A stretch of 64,000 nucleotides of DNA from the NCBI GenBank assembly GCA_024704765.1, contig JAKMXF010000111.1, positions 1,499,627 through 1,563,626 on the forward strand, given 5' to 3'. The notes below the pieces were generated by a model, which saw only the letters and a list, made by a program, of their open reading frames with translations, was not told where the DNA came from and did not search any database. Position numbers and translations under genes: made by a program. Shown here piece by piece: positions 36,001 through 48,543 of this stretch; position 1 is the stretch's first letter, and every line of letters starts with the position of its first letter. This DNA is from Oopsacas minuta. Its lineage: Eukaryota > Animalia > Porifera.

Positions 36001-39000
36001 ATAGAAGTTTCCGTTCGTTTATTGCTCGGAAAGGTGAATCTCAGCTAAATACTTTGATCGATGTACTGGATGTGATTGACAGATATTTTCCCTGATGTTT
36101 TCAACTTATACCAAATTCTTGTGACTATCCCTCAGAAGTCTTGCAAGGTTGAGAGAATGTTCTTATCTGTTAAGAGAATAAAAACACGTTTGTGCTCACA
36201 AATGACCACTGAGCGTCTCAACCATCTTGCCCTGTTATCTATTGAAAAAGATATTGCAGAAACACTTTGTTATAATGATGTGATCGAACATTTTAAGCAG
36301 ATGAAGCACCGCCGCTTTCTTTTGTAATGCCAAATAGTATCCCTGAATTGAGTTTAGTATCTTAATAAATGCTCTTACTATAATGTGGAGATTGTAGACT
36401 AATCTAATGCACCCTAGGTTAGTAATCTGGTACTTTATGAATTAAAAAGTTATACATGTAAGAAAAGGAGACTGGGTCGTACTTGTTATACACAAGTAAT
36501 TAACTTTTCAAAAATATTTAGCCCTGCAATTGCCCTCCCGAAATACTTCTTGCCCCCCTGAATGTCTTGCTCTAGCTACGTGCCTGGCTTCAGTGCTGTA
36601 TTAGGGGCATCAGGGCAAAGCCTTGTAAGCGGTAAGTGATTTATTGTATTTTACTAAGCTGTCGTGCAGCAACCTAGCAAGCGAAGCACGCTAGTCACTA
36701 TGAATATGAAATGTATGTAGGTTTACACATTGATACATACCTTCTATTCTAACTTTATTTCTTAATTTTTCTAGCTTTTCTTGTCTTTGTAATTCCTGTT
36801 TTATTAAATTATCAGATTTTTGTCTCTGTAATTCAGCTGCTGCTTTATCTCTTATAAGAAACTTTGTAACTCCAATATTTGCTAATTTCTCCCGTTTTCT
36901 CTGCTCATATAGTTCTGCTAACTTTATTTCTTCTAATTGTTTTTCAGTATCTTTCCGCTTGCTTATATAGTCAGCAACCTATCGTACTGTTAGTCAATCA
37001 ATAGTTATCACAGTACCAGACAGTGGTTCCCCTAAAGCGGATTATTTAACGCGCTTTCACGCTCTTAGAATATCTAGCTGCGTCAAAATGAGAACTGTAT
37101 GCATATGGTTTAATACGTGTGTAAGCGACAGAGCCCCAATCATCCCCAAATATGAGCGCTTCCTAAAATCCTGTGGGAAGCACTGGTACTAGGATAATGT
37201 ACACCTATAGTTAGCAACGAGAATAATAGTAGAGTATCGTACATCGATGGGAAATGATTAGTAAATTATTTAAACCAATATCCTGCCCTCATGCTATCCC
37301 AATTACAGAGGTAATGACCTGTAATCTGACTACATCTTTCCATGCCCTCTCCATCTCCATTTCACTTATCCTCTTCTCTTCAACATTCCTCTGTTCAGCT
37401 CGCATTCTAGCAATTTCTCTCTCTTTTTGGAGTCTCCACTCAGTCAGCTGTGCTTGTTTCGATTCTCTTTCCTCTTTCCTAAGCATATCTCTCCTACTCA
37501 GAACCTCCTTCTCTCTTTCTCTCTCCTACTATGCACAGTTTAATATACATACGTATTATGTATATTGTAAAATTTAATTCTATATACAGTATTACCTAAA
37601 TTTTCGGTCCCTCGAGGGCTCTATAAAGTATAAACTGGTAATTGGATATATCAAAAATCCCTCTTGGCTTCCTCTGTATTTATTTATCTAAGTGCTGTTA
37701 GTTAGGATACTTAAATACGGTTATAATGAAGTTAACGTAACTTCCCACTCAAGAGAGCTAAAAATAATAATCTTCGAGGCTACAATTCGAATAAATACAT
37801 ACAGTATTGAACTTATCGCACTTGTACATATATTTCAGCTGCTGTAGACTTCTGCTCAGCTCTAAGCTTAGAATGTTGCTCTCTCCAAGACTTAATAGCC
37901 TCTCTATTTTTATTACACAACTCAGTGTATTGCACAAACCACTGTTCATGTTGTCGTATCTCTTCTACACTGTGTACGGGTATGAAGGGTAGAAGTGCTT
38001 CCGAGAGGTTGGGAGCATTTTTGTGTTTTAATCTGAGTTTTATGAAAGTTGCATGGTCTACTTCATCCCAACCGCCAGTGTGTCCGCAATGTTGCGTTAG
38101 ATATTCTCTGAAGTTCTTTACGTCTATATGTGTGCTATCGTCCTCACAATCATCTTTCTCAAGGGGTATCCGCAATCCCTGGTTAGAGAAATTATATGAG
38201 AAATGAATAAAATGTTATGGAATATAGTTACAGACCACCCTGCTCTAGAGACTTATGGTACGGGTAACATAAACCGACAAGGTGGTCAAATAAAATCTCC
38301 CGAAAATTGACTCAATTATTGATTTATTCGCAAATAAAAAATACATTACTTGATAACTCTAGATGATTTCATCAATTTAATCGTACATGCGCTGCTCTCC
38401 GTCTTTTTGAGCTACCCATTCATTGTGTTGGATTGTGCGATAAATACCAAAAAATAAAAATGAAAAATGTCCAGCCGACAGACTGGTAGTGCATCTCAGG
38501 GTTATGTATTTTGTTCTTGTCGGGGGGGGCACGCCCCCCTGACCGCTCGTGTAAATGCCGCATTGCCCGGACCCGACTGATTTTGGGCTCCTAGATCTGA
38601 TAAATATTTCAGGATATTCAATATTATTCGTCCCCTAATGTACTTCATGTTCTATCCTCCAATCCTATGGATAAAATTCCGAATAATTATCTTACAATTA
38701 CCTCCTGTCTAACTTTTGAAATGAAATCTCTAGCATCAATTTTAAATATATGTAAAAAGGTGTGAAAATATGATAAATAATGTAGACGAGCCGCTTCGCT
38801 TGCTCGTGCTGTGCGGATTACGAACACTTTGTGTTCGCATGGGATTCGGCACTTCGTGCCTCGAATTTAGCAAAGTATAAAATTGCAAAATTGAATGAAT
38901 TTATTAATAATTCAACAAATTGTTTACTTCATATTCATAATAACAACAATAAATTTACATTTGAGAAACTTGAATATGCGAAATTCGGAATCAAATTCCA

Positions 39001-39802
39001 CTATTCTAACTGAAGTGTAGAGCTTTTGCGTCAGAATAGTGCTAATTAGCATTGTTCCTGGATCTTGTCCGGAATTCTACAATTCCGATTTTTGACCAAA
39101 ACCTGGACAAATGCATATTTCAGAAATTTTAACAAATGTAACTGGTTTGTCTGCAAATGCATGTGCCTCAAATATATTGAAATTATGGATTCTAACAAGT
39201 TAAGGTATTGTCTAAAATGATTCCATCAAGTGAAAGCTTGGCAAATTGTAACAAATGAAAGCTCCAAAATTCTTCCAAATGAAGGCACCTCACACACACG
39301 AATATCAAATATATCATACCTTGTTCTGTGTTTGCAGATTGAACTTCTTTTTCTCCCATACATCAAACCTTCTTTCATGAGAAATAATTTCTTGCCATAA
39401 TTTATGTTCTTCATGTTGTAACTCATCAAAATCAACTCTCTGAGAGTTCCTCAGTGTCTCAATACAACTCTCTATCTCTTGCATCAATGCTTTTATACGA
39501 GAGACATACTCACCTGTTGATTGTATGTTCCTTACTTTGTGTTGGAGTAGGTTTACACGTGAGTTCAGTTTATCAATATTTGCCTTAAAATGTCTAGCTT
39601 CTCGATTGTATGCATTGTCAAGGGTGGTGTTATATGAGTGGAGTTGTAAACAAATATTTCTCGACTCGCTTATATCACTTCGCATACGAAAAACACTCCA
39701 TATGTCTTTATGTTGTGAAATGAATTGATTTGAAAGTTGAGTTCTCTTCTCATTGAATAAGTGTATGTCACTGCTATTTGTATTGTTATCTAGAGAAGCC
39801 AT
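33026..39802 (-). CDS. CCDC112: CCDC112-like coiled-coil protein, 5 exons (39802-39320, 38178-37822, 37525-37319, 36978-36741, 33207-33026), 488 aa
   Basis: GHTGGWDEVDHATFIKLR and C-terminal LAIPSWRQNL match CCDC112 motifs (GGWD..DH..F; AIPTWRQG). All four introns are GT-AG with consistent phases (1467 nt). Confidence 0.85.
33413..36586 (+). mobile_element. hAT transposon with ZMYM1-like transposase (TTF zinc finger, DUF4371-like, hAT dimerisation), disrupted; in the last CCDC112 intron
   Basis: 14-bp TIR CAGGCACGTAGCTA; perfect 8-bp TSD GCTTCAGT (33405-33412, 36587-36594); ILADEVKD, GQGYDGASVMSG, YCASHRLNL, TRWFSR, VERMFLS; multiple stops and frameshifts. Confidence 0.95.
38460..38780 (+). 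mobile_element. DINE-1/HINE-like dispersed repeat family; other pieces at about 19915-20470, 49440-49965, 55010-55240, 57605-57870, 58620-58945
   Basis: Shared blocks AAATGTCCAGC.GACAGACTGGTAGTGCA, CCCGACTGATTTTGGGCTCC and AAGGTGTGAAAATATGAT; GACA/GACG microsatellite and 3' stem-loop CTCCCTATAGGAG. The Helentron assignment is inferred from architecture. Confidence 0.5.
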
Positions 39803-41808
39803 TCTACGTATATCTTACATATTAAAACTCAATGATTTGTGTTCGGTGTCACAGTGGATAGTATTACCGCGTAAATAATGTTCTCTCCGAAATCTTTACC
39901 TAGTGAATAGTGTTCCTGTCATACCATATTTGGTCCCCCCCTAATGTCGGACCATACATGGCGCCCATGGATGGTCCCCCCGTAGTTAATATACCCCCGA
40001 TAATTATAATAGTGAAGAAGGAAGGAGTAATTCTCTAAAGTGGCAAATTGAGCTTCCCAGGTTGTGTTGTCGGATGCCAGGTTAGCTTGAAATTATGTAA
40101 CAAAATTATATCAAATGCACAGCTGTAACGCTCTTCAATTGTTGGAGCACGCTCCCACCTCCGCTCCTTACTCAGAAAGGGAGCGGACTCGGGCCCGCTC
40201 AAGTCAAAAGGTAGCGTACTCCTTTTCATCCTTTCAGATTTACATTAGATTTGCATTGGAAGTAATTAGGATTGAATTTAAACAATTGTAGATTCGGGGA
40301 AATTGCTAATTGTACAACGTCAAACAATTTCAATAATTTGTGAATTATGCAAAAGTGTCCTAATATCAACTTTATATCGCAAGAACACTGAATTCCATAC
40401 AGAATAACGATGAAATTTGTAAATTGTTCGCAATTAATAGGAGCACGCTGCTTCAAAATTGAGCACCGCTCCACCTTCCTCTCCTGAGTCATAAATAAAG
40501 CGCGTTACTTTTGCTCTGAGTGTAATAAAAGCACATAAAAATGTGATATAAAGGTAATATTAGGTCGAAGTGGAATTATTAATCCTTAAAGCATCTCAAG
40601 TGGTGCTTTGGGGCAGGAGGCGGGCGCTGGGGCTAACGTTTTCACGAAGTTTTCTAAGAAACAGCTCAACTGAAATGTGGAGCACTCTCATCCCACTTCA
40701 CTATTTGGCAAAACGCCACTGTGTATCTCTCTAAAGGAGAGGAACGTTAATCGCAAAACTAAAAATTAAAGGATAGTCTGGTATTATTGCGTATTGGCAT
40801 CCTCTTAACAATAAGGAATAATACATAATATGTAAAGAGTATAATTTGTTCAAATATAACAAAATAGTTATTCTGAAGGAAACATGAATGATTGTATGAA
40901 TATATTAGTAAAATAGAAAATTATCAAAGTATAAGGTAATTCTGATAATAATCAAAATTTACAACATAAATCATTCTAAGTCTAAGAACTTACTACATAA
41001 ACAGTGTTCCCTCTAAGGAACCCAGGAGAGGTATTCCCCCGGAGTTTTCTCATTTTAGATCTTACCCCCCCGTAATTTTTGCTTGAAAACGTTCGATCCC
41101 CAGGATTATTGCCCGAATTTATCACATTTTGCCAATACAGTAGAACTTCTATAAGTGGGGAGGTTGGGACGGCGAATCTCCGATAAACCCCATTCCCCAA
41201 TTATAATATTAACCTAAAATGTCCTATAAACAGAGATTTTTGAGTCAATATGTATATCCGCCTCCTCCAACGACTGTTTTTAAACGATAATTGATAAATT
41301 TGAAACAAATTTTCTTCTGAGAAACCCAAAAGTGTTTTTAAATTTAGCACAAAAGTGATTATTCAATAAAAATTATCGTAGAATTCCCCACTTATATGGG
41401 TATATTTCAATAGTTGTTTTGTGAATCTTAAGAATGTATTTTGGTCAAGAAATTATAGATAAACTTTTGCTGATGGTATAAATGGTCAAAGTGTGATAAT
41501 TGTGTCGTAATGTGTCATAGGAAATTTTTAACTTAAATGTACACTCAGTAGATTATCTGTGACTTTGAGTCTAACTTTGGGCTCTGAAACGCAGATGGTG
41601 TGGCCAGGGGAGTGTACACATATGACCAGTGGCGGCGAACCACGGGAGCTACGGGGACTAGGACTATAGCCCCCCTAAATATCAGGCTTGTTTTTATAAA
41701 ATATTTCCCTGTATAAAAGCTAATTTCGTATTTACACATCAAATTCAGAAATGCTGTATATTGCCATTGAAAACTGTCCTGATTTAATTCCCACTTTATA
41801 GAGAAGTA

Positions 41809-42157
41809 CAGTAGACCCTCGCTAATCCGAACAGAGGTGTTCCGATTCATGGAATATCTGTTCCGATTAGCGAATTTGTTCGGATTAGTGAAGTAATACA
41901 CTTATATGGGGAATTATAAACATTATGCAACTCAAAATTATAGGAATAAATATAAGTAATATGTATTACAAATCAGATTATGGTACTGTAAGACATAATA
42001 GAAACCTCGCTAATCCGAACGAGACATTACTATCCTACTACTACTACTACTATTATGTACTATGTACATATTAAAATTTCAAATTCCGATTGAAAATTAT
42101 TATTTTTAAAACAAAAATTCCTTATCTTCTACTGTTCGGATTTGCGAAGGTCCACTG
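41809..42157. mobile_element. 349-bp pogo/Tigger-type MITE
   Basis: TA|CAGTAGACCCTCGCTAATCCGAAC ... GTTCGGATTTGCGAAGGTCCACTG|TA. Confidence 0.85.
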
Positions 42158-42355
42158 TACTTTGTATAATTATAAACCAATCAAATATATAATTTTAAGT
42201 TAATAGTTGTTGTAAATGGAGGCAAATGCCACCCTACTAATTTAATTATGTTTATTGAAATAGATCGCCCAAATGGCGAACGAATCTTACCAAAGTAGTA
42301 TAACAAGGGCGGCGGAAGTACGGGGGCTAGGGGGGCTATAGCCCCCCCCCTACTT

Positions 42356-43911
42356 CGGATACCGACAATTCGCACCACCGACAATTCGCACCTAATTTGA
42401 TTGGCCTACTGTGTCCACTTGCCCAGCCTCAACAGATGCTCCTGGACTTTGAGAAGGGCGCGATTACCAGCTTTGAGCATGTCTGGCCTAACACAGTAGT
42501 GAAGTGCTGCTTCTTCCACCTCACACAGAATATCTGGCGACATGTGCAGTCTGTAGGGCTGCAGTCTGCCTACACACATGACGAAGAGTTGGCTATGTGC
42601 ATCCGGAGGATACCAGCCCTTGCTTTTGCCCGACCAGCAGACGTACATGATCTGTTTGATCAAGTGGCAATGGACCTCCCCCTTACGTCTGAGATAGGCG
42701 AACTAGTCGACTACTTTGAGAGGACGTATATCGGTCGCACGCTAGCCAGTGGATACCATGTAGCGGCGACGTTCCCCATCGACCTGTGGAACTACCACCT
42801 CAGCACGCCCTTCGGGCTCCCCCGTACAACCAACGCCGTGGAGGCATGGCACCACAGCTTCAATGCCACTGTCGACTGCCATCACCCCACCATATGGAAG
42901 TTCCTCCTAGCCCTCAAGCGTGAGCAGGGCCTAGTGGAGGTGCGGCATACTAACTACCTCGTTGGCAAGCCACCAACCAAGCGAAGGCGGTCCCAACAGA
43001 GTGAGGAAGCGTTGAAGACTCTAGTTCGTGAATATTATTCTCAAGATCGTTCTAAAATGGAGTTCTTGCAGGGTGTAGCACATCATTTCAGTCTGGGAAC
43101 CGATTAACATGTTAATCTAAAGGATTATCTCTAATCAATGTATTTGAGGGCTAGATAACCCTTTAGATTAACATGTTAATCGGCTCCCAGACTGAAATGA
43201 TGTGCTACACCCTGCAAGAACTCCATTTTAGAACGATCTTGAGAATAATATTCACGAACTAGAGTCTTCAACGCTTCCTCACTCTGTTGGGACCGCCTTC
43301 GCTTGGTTGGTGGCTTGCCAACGAGGTAGTTAGTATGCCGCACCTCCACTAGGCCCTGCTCACGCTTGAGGGCTAGGAGGAACTTCCATATGGTGGGGTG
43401 ATGGCAGTCGACAGTGGCATTGAAGCTGTGGTGCCATGCCTCCACGGCGTTGGTTGTACGGGGGAGCCCGAAGGGCGTGCTGAGGTGGTAGTTCCACAGG
43501 TCGATGGGGAACGTCGCCGCTACATGGTATCCACTGGCTAGCGTGCGACCGATATACGTCCTCTCAAAGTAGTCGACTAGTTCGCCTATCTCAGACGTAA
43601 GGGGGAGGTCCATTGCCACTTGATCAAACAGATCATGTACGTCTGCTGGTCGGGCAAAAGCAAGGGCTGGTATCCTCCGGATGCACATAGCCAACTCTTC
43701 GTCATGTGTGTAGGCAGACTGCAGCCCTACAGACTGCACATGTCGCCAGATATTCTGTGTGAGGTGGAAGAAGCAGCACTTCACTACTGTGTTAGGCCAG
43801 ACATGCTCAAAGCTGGTAATCGCGCCCTTCTCAAAGTCCAGGAGCATCTGTTGAGGCTGGGCAAGTGGACACAGTAGGCCAATCAAATTAGGTGCGAATT
43901 GTCGGTATTCC
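42356..43911. mobile_element. Palindromic Mutator (MULE) derivative: two inverted 754-bp arms encoding the transposase C-terminal half, 22-nt spacer
   Basis: Arms 42377-43130 and 43153-43906; ORFs 42397-43107(+) and 43176-43886(-) are identical except T/A at residue 235; DFE, CFFH and RTTNAVEAWH MULE motifs; 9-bp TSD CCCCTACTT (42347-42355, 43912-43920). Confidence 0.92.
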
Positions 43912-45364
43912 CCCCTACTTACCCCTCATACACGTATATTATACTAATTTAAATAATACTAGTAAAGGACAATTCAGTAACTATTTGCGTTAGTGAGTGT
44001 CACCAGCCAGTCGTGAAAGTAATCGAAATATGACTCAGAAACGCTTGAATCATCTTGTTATCTTACATTGCAATCAACAGCAGACTGATAATTTGGATCT
44101 CTTGAAAATTGCTGTCGATTTCACTTCAAGAAACGATAGAAGACAAATTTTTTTGGCAATTTTATATAATTTTGTCACTTTACAATACCAATACATACAT
44201 ATACTTAATGTAGCAAACATTTAGTTTGAATACTAATTGGGGTTTTGTGGCCAATCGTAGTATATAAAATACTCATAGAATCATAGTCATAGAGTATATA
44301 TGTCGCCCATATATTTCGTTCTATTTGAAGGTGGACATAGTTACACAGGTTAGCCCCCCTAGTTTTTATTAGCTTCCGCCGTCACTGCATATGAACAAAC
44401 ATAAACGCTCATTTCAGCTGGGCACTATACTATACTATGCTATAATCGGCCCAGTAAAAAGAATTGCCCTTTGAAATATGATATTAATCACAGTGGAATA
44501 GGGTAGTAATAATTAGTCTAGAAATCGCCCCAGTAGAAATTAGAAAAGGTAGAAAGTATATGAATTCATTCGTATATTCAACGCTACAGCTATGCATCAA
44601 TATTATTGTCAAGTTAAGCTTATAAAATGTATTATCTACACTATTATTAACTTATTTGTCAATCCTACGTGGAGACTTCGCGCATAGTAAAATACACAGT
44701 GCAGAAACTCGAAATATTTACTTCTGCTGTCATCAATTCCTGGCAGTGCTAACGATTGTAGAGATATTCTCGTTAGCATCGCGATATGAGCTGGAGTTAA
44801 TGAACAACGATCATCGGAGACAATTGTAGTTGTAGAGGAAATGATTTTTTAGACCCTTCAATCAAAGTTTTGTACTCTGAATTGCTACATACAATATAAT
44901 TCGATGTAGAAATACCAATTACATTTTATACTTGTAATCTTTGAACTGTAGAGTCAGCATATATCGACGCACTCGAGGAGGTATATCGATGGTGTAATTT
45001 AGATATATTAATTACAAGAAAAGTAGAACCTTTCGATATACCACAATAGAAAAAATATTCTTATTTCTTATAATAAATAGATTATAATTACCTTATAGAT
45101 CGCTACCGTACATGGTTAAGCCATTATTGTATTTCCTATATTGGATCTTCAACCCCTATGCAAATTGGAAATTTGATATATCTCAACAATACATGTATGC
45201 ACTTTACAGCGCAAAGATTAAAAGCATAAAATGTACTTAATATGTTTTACATCAAATTATATTGTATATAGCAAATTAGAGTACAAAACTTTGATTGAAG
45301 GGTCTAAAAAGTAAGTACTACATATACTACGTTAAGCACCTTGTGCTGAGAAATTGAAAAGCTC

Positions 45365-47371
45365 ATGGTGCCAATTGTTCAAACAAAACGACTCTCAAGT
45401 TATTTATCAAGGAGGTTAATAAGCAGCACTAGTATTAAGATAATTTGTTTATGTGTCTTGTCCTACTTGATAATAACTAAATTCGGAATAAACTACTTCG
45501 TAACAGATATAGAAAGAATCGAAGTGAACTCTGATTACATTTCTTACACTACTCCTAAATTTGAATCCGAAGTGCAAAATGGGATTGATTTCGATTTGAA
45601 TCTTCCTTTATTAAGAAAAATGATTGTGAGAATATCCAACGCATATCAGTTCCCATCTAATTTTACAAATCCAGACGCACTATACAGCAATGATATGAAC
45701 AATGAATTATTTGCAAACTTAAAAAGAGGTTCTCTGAATGTATACATATGGATGGATATGTTTTCCGACTCGATTGATTTCCTGAAGTCTAAATTCGAAT
45801 ACCCCTACAACCCTTGGAAGAAATATTTCACAACCTCGCTGAACAAAATACAAGCAACAGAGCGTACTGGTGGAAGAATATTTGGTTACATACTCACTCG
45901 AGAACATGGGCTATATTCCTTTGAAGTGAAATACGTAGGATCAATAGAGTTATGGATATCGCCTGACACACTACCTTCTAATGCAATCAAATGTAAATCC
46001 GCTATGACAAAAGAAGTTAAGTACTTCTATGCTTATCTGAAATCTGAAAAGAAGCAGTACATTGAACTTATTTATGCTAGCGAAAAAGCTGGAGAAATAG
46101 AAATAAGATGGAAATGGAAGTCTACCTCCTACAAATATATAGATTCTGATTGTCTCTTTCCCTTCGTAAATGACACAGTTAAAATTGTCCCTGAGACGTA
46201 TAATCCATTACCTTTACTATTACACACTCCTAGCTCATGGATGAGAGATCAATTCCACCCTTTTGATGAGAGGAACACATTATTTTCTATCCCTCCTATT
46301 GATTTTAGCCAATTTGGAACAAGTTCTGTATTTGTCTCATGTGACTACAAACCAGCTATACCAAGTATAGATACATCTCTGAAACTAATCAATTCCTATC
46401 CTGCTAAAACTCTTCTCTCTAAGATCTCAATGGGGAATAATCAAAGTGTTACCGATGCAGTTATAAGTGAAGAATTGAAGGAAAATATACTTGCTCTATT
46501 TATGGTGAGCATATCTGGCGCATATCCAGCTGTTCATCTCTCTCGTCTCATGAACATGGAAAGACTAAACGACGATCATAATGGAGATCTCTATCTAATT
46601 GAAGTTATGGTTACACTTGCATCAAATTCATCGAAGGAGTATCTTCTCTCTCATTACGTAGTGCTTGGACACAAATATTATCCTCAATCTCAGTTTTGTC
46701 ATCCAACAAATATGAAGATTCGAAGAAATACATTTGTACACATTCTCGTAACTCACAGGAACCTGCCACAAATATTGAGAGAATTTGTTCAGAATATGGA
46801 ACAAGTGTATGATGAAACCAGGGATGAGAATTTTGGTGTGATTATCGTCAATTACGTGATCCCTCAGTTTAATGTTACCACATTGCTACGTCAGAGTAGG
46901 CTAAAACACTGGACTGTAATCGACATTGTAGGGCCCTGGACGAAAGTAGGTGCTATTAATTTAGGTATAGACAGTGTTAAGAATTCAGATGATATCATAT
47001 ACACTACTGATCTCTTTATCTATAACCCTTCACGTATCCTCGACGATATCCGTAAACATACTTTCCAGGGATACTCGGGGTTTGTTCCAGCAATTTTCTA
47101 TATGTCTGCAAGATTTAAACAAGATACACCGGACCAACCGAAAGGATTTTACTCATTGGAAGGATATGGATTATTTAGTTTATACAAGTCTGACTGGATA
47201 ATTTTAGGTGGAATGGATTCCATAAAATTCAAAGATAAATGGGGAGGTGAGGATACAGATTTAACAAACCGCGTCTTAAGAACTGGCTACGTGATATTTT
47301 GGATGGTTGCACAAGATAGTTACCACCAACCTCACTCTAAATCTTCCTTATGGGATGAAGACTCTCGTTAA
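45365..47371 (+). CDS. Beta-1,4-N-acetylgalactosaminyltransferase 3/4-like (type II TM, PA14-like and GT7/CHGN domains), intronless
   Basis: N-terminal TM; GGRIFGYI..YSFEVKYVGSIELWIS PA14-like segment; GYGLFSLYKSDW and KWGGEDTDL GT7 C-terminal motif. Confidence 0.85.
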   Translation: MVPIVQTKRLSSYLSRRLISSTSIKIICLCVLSYLIITKFGINYFVTDIERIEVNSDYISYTTPKFESEVQNGIDFDLNLPLLRKMIVRISNAYQFPSNFTNPDALYSNDMNNELFANLKRGSLNVYIWMDMFSDSIDFLKSKFEYPYNPWKKYFTTSLNKIQATERTGGRIFGYILTREHGLYSFEVKYVGSIELWISPDTLPSNAIKCKSAMTKEVKYFYAYLKSEKKQYIELIYASEKAGEIEIRWKWKSTSYKYIDSDCLFPFVNDTVKIVPETYNPLPLLLHTPSSWMRDQFHPFDERNTLFSIPPIDFSQFGTSSVFVSCDYKPAIPSIDTSLKLINSYPAKTLLSKISMGNNQSVTDAVISEELKENILALFMVSISGAYPAVHLSRLMNMERLNDDHNGDLYLIEVMVTLASNSSKEYLLSHYVVLGHKYYPQSQFCHPTNMKIRRNTFVHILVTHRNLPQILREFVQNMEQVYDETRDENFGVIIVNYVIPQFNVTTLLRQSRLKHWTVIDIVGPWTKVGAINLGIDSVKNSDDIIYTTDLFIYNPSRILDDIRKHTFQGYSGFVPAIFYMSARFKQDTPDQPKGFYSLEGYGLFSLYKSDWIILGGMDSIKFKDKWGGEDTDLTNRVLRTGYVIFWMVAQDSYHQPHSKSSLWDEDSR

Positions 47372-47779
47372 GCCTTTTGCAATTTTATTATTATTTTATT
47401 ATCTATTAATATATTGTGGTGTTCCAAGATCTGGCATACCAGGGCCGGGTCTTGGCCAGGATTTTGAAACGCTACGACTGCCCCCTTGAAGTTTCGTTTC
47501 AAATCATTCATTGTCAGAGGTAATCGAGTATTTATGTTCTAATAATGACATTAACGGAACGGACAAATCTTGTTTAAGAAAGTTAAAATTCTTTGCCGCT
47601 ATCTTCTTGTACGACGGTGGTAAGCCTTTGTTGTGTTGTGACTCTTCACCTATTGCAATCAATTGTAAAATTTATTGAGCTGTTGCATGAGATATTGACC
47701 CACTCTTATCACATTAAGCTATTGTCATCATGGATGACATTATCATATGACATCTACAAAATATATTGTTCATTAAACC

Positions 47780-48082
47780 CAGGGTTCTATCTACTGGGGG
47801 GGTGGGGGGAAGCTTCCTCCCCAAACACTTCAGCTTCCCCCCCAAAAATCTCATAAAATGTACTATTAATCGCAATATATTATTCAATTGATAAATTATT
47901 AGAATATCAATTCATTGTGAAAATACTATTTGAAGTGTAAATAAATAACAAATGGGAAATCTTCATTATTAGGAATTAAATTAAAGGTTTGGTGTTTACT
48001 TCAAGGTTGTAATATTTTGATAATTGGGTACTAAGGATTTTAAAGCTTCCCCCCCAAATTTAACATCCTAGATAGAACCCTG
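47780..48082. mobile_element. 303-bp MITE
   Basis: 14-bp TIR CAGGGTTCTATCTA; apparent 5-bp flanking duplication AAACC; superfamily unclear. Confidence 0.65.
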
Positions 48083-48543
48083 AAACCACAAGAAGCACCG
48101 AAAGTTCAGTGTTTATGTTGCAGTGCAAACGCGAGATTGGTGTACACCCGTATAAACGCGAGAATATTCAAGTTTGGTTAATCTTGCGATTACACCAGTG
48201 TAAACGCGAGTAGAGTTGTAATAGAAATAGTGGTTTATTTATATGACATACGTATGTACTCAAATAGCGCAGTGTCCATGTAGCCAATTGTCCATGTGTA
48301 GCGAACTGTTCGTATTCGATTAATTATTAAATTGTATTGAGAATTCTCTTATTTTATGAAAATATATACATATATCAAATACTATATTACTACCAATACT
48401 ACGTACTATATTTATTACGCAAAATACCAGTAAAAATATATAATTTCAACCTGTGTCGACAGCTTAGTCTATTAAATTCAATTTGTTTAAAAAGTGGTAC
48501 TGTTAATTGGAGGCACTATGAAAGGTTAGGTTTAATCCCAATG

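Larger units (their letters stand above)
41627..44387 (+). mobile_element. Non-autonomous hAT retaining a transposase C-terminal remnant (43997-44224); hosts two nested elements
   Basis: TIR CAGTGGCGGCG / CGCCGTCACTG; TSD CATATGAC / CATATGAA; MTQKRLNHLVILH is the hAT dimerisation-domain end; a second left-end-like sequence occurs at about 42304. Confidence 0.72.

Noticed and set aside
42397-43886. Two convergent host genes (236-aa ORF pair)
   Set aside because: They are the two arms of one inverted duplication of a truncated transposase inside a TSD-flanked element.
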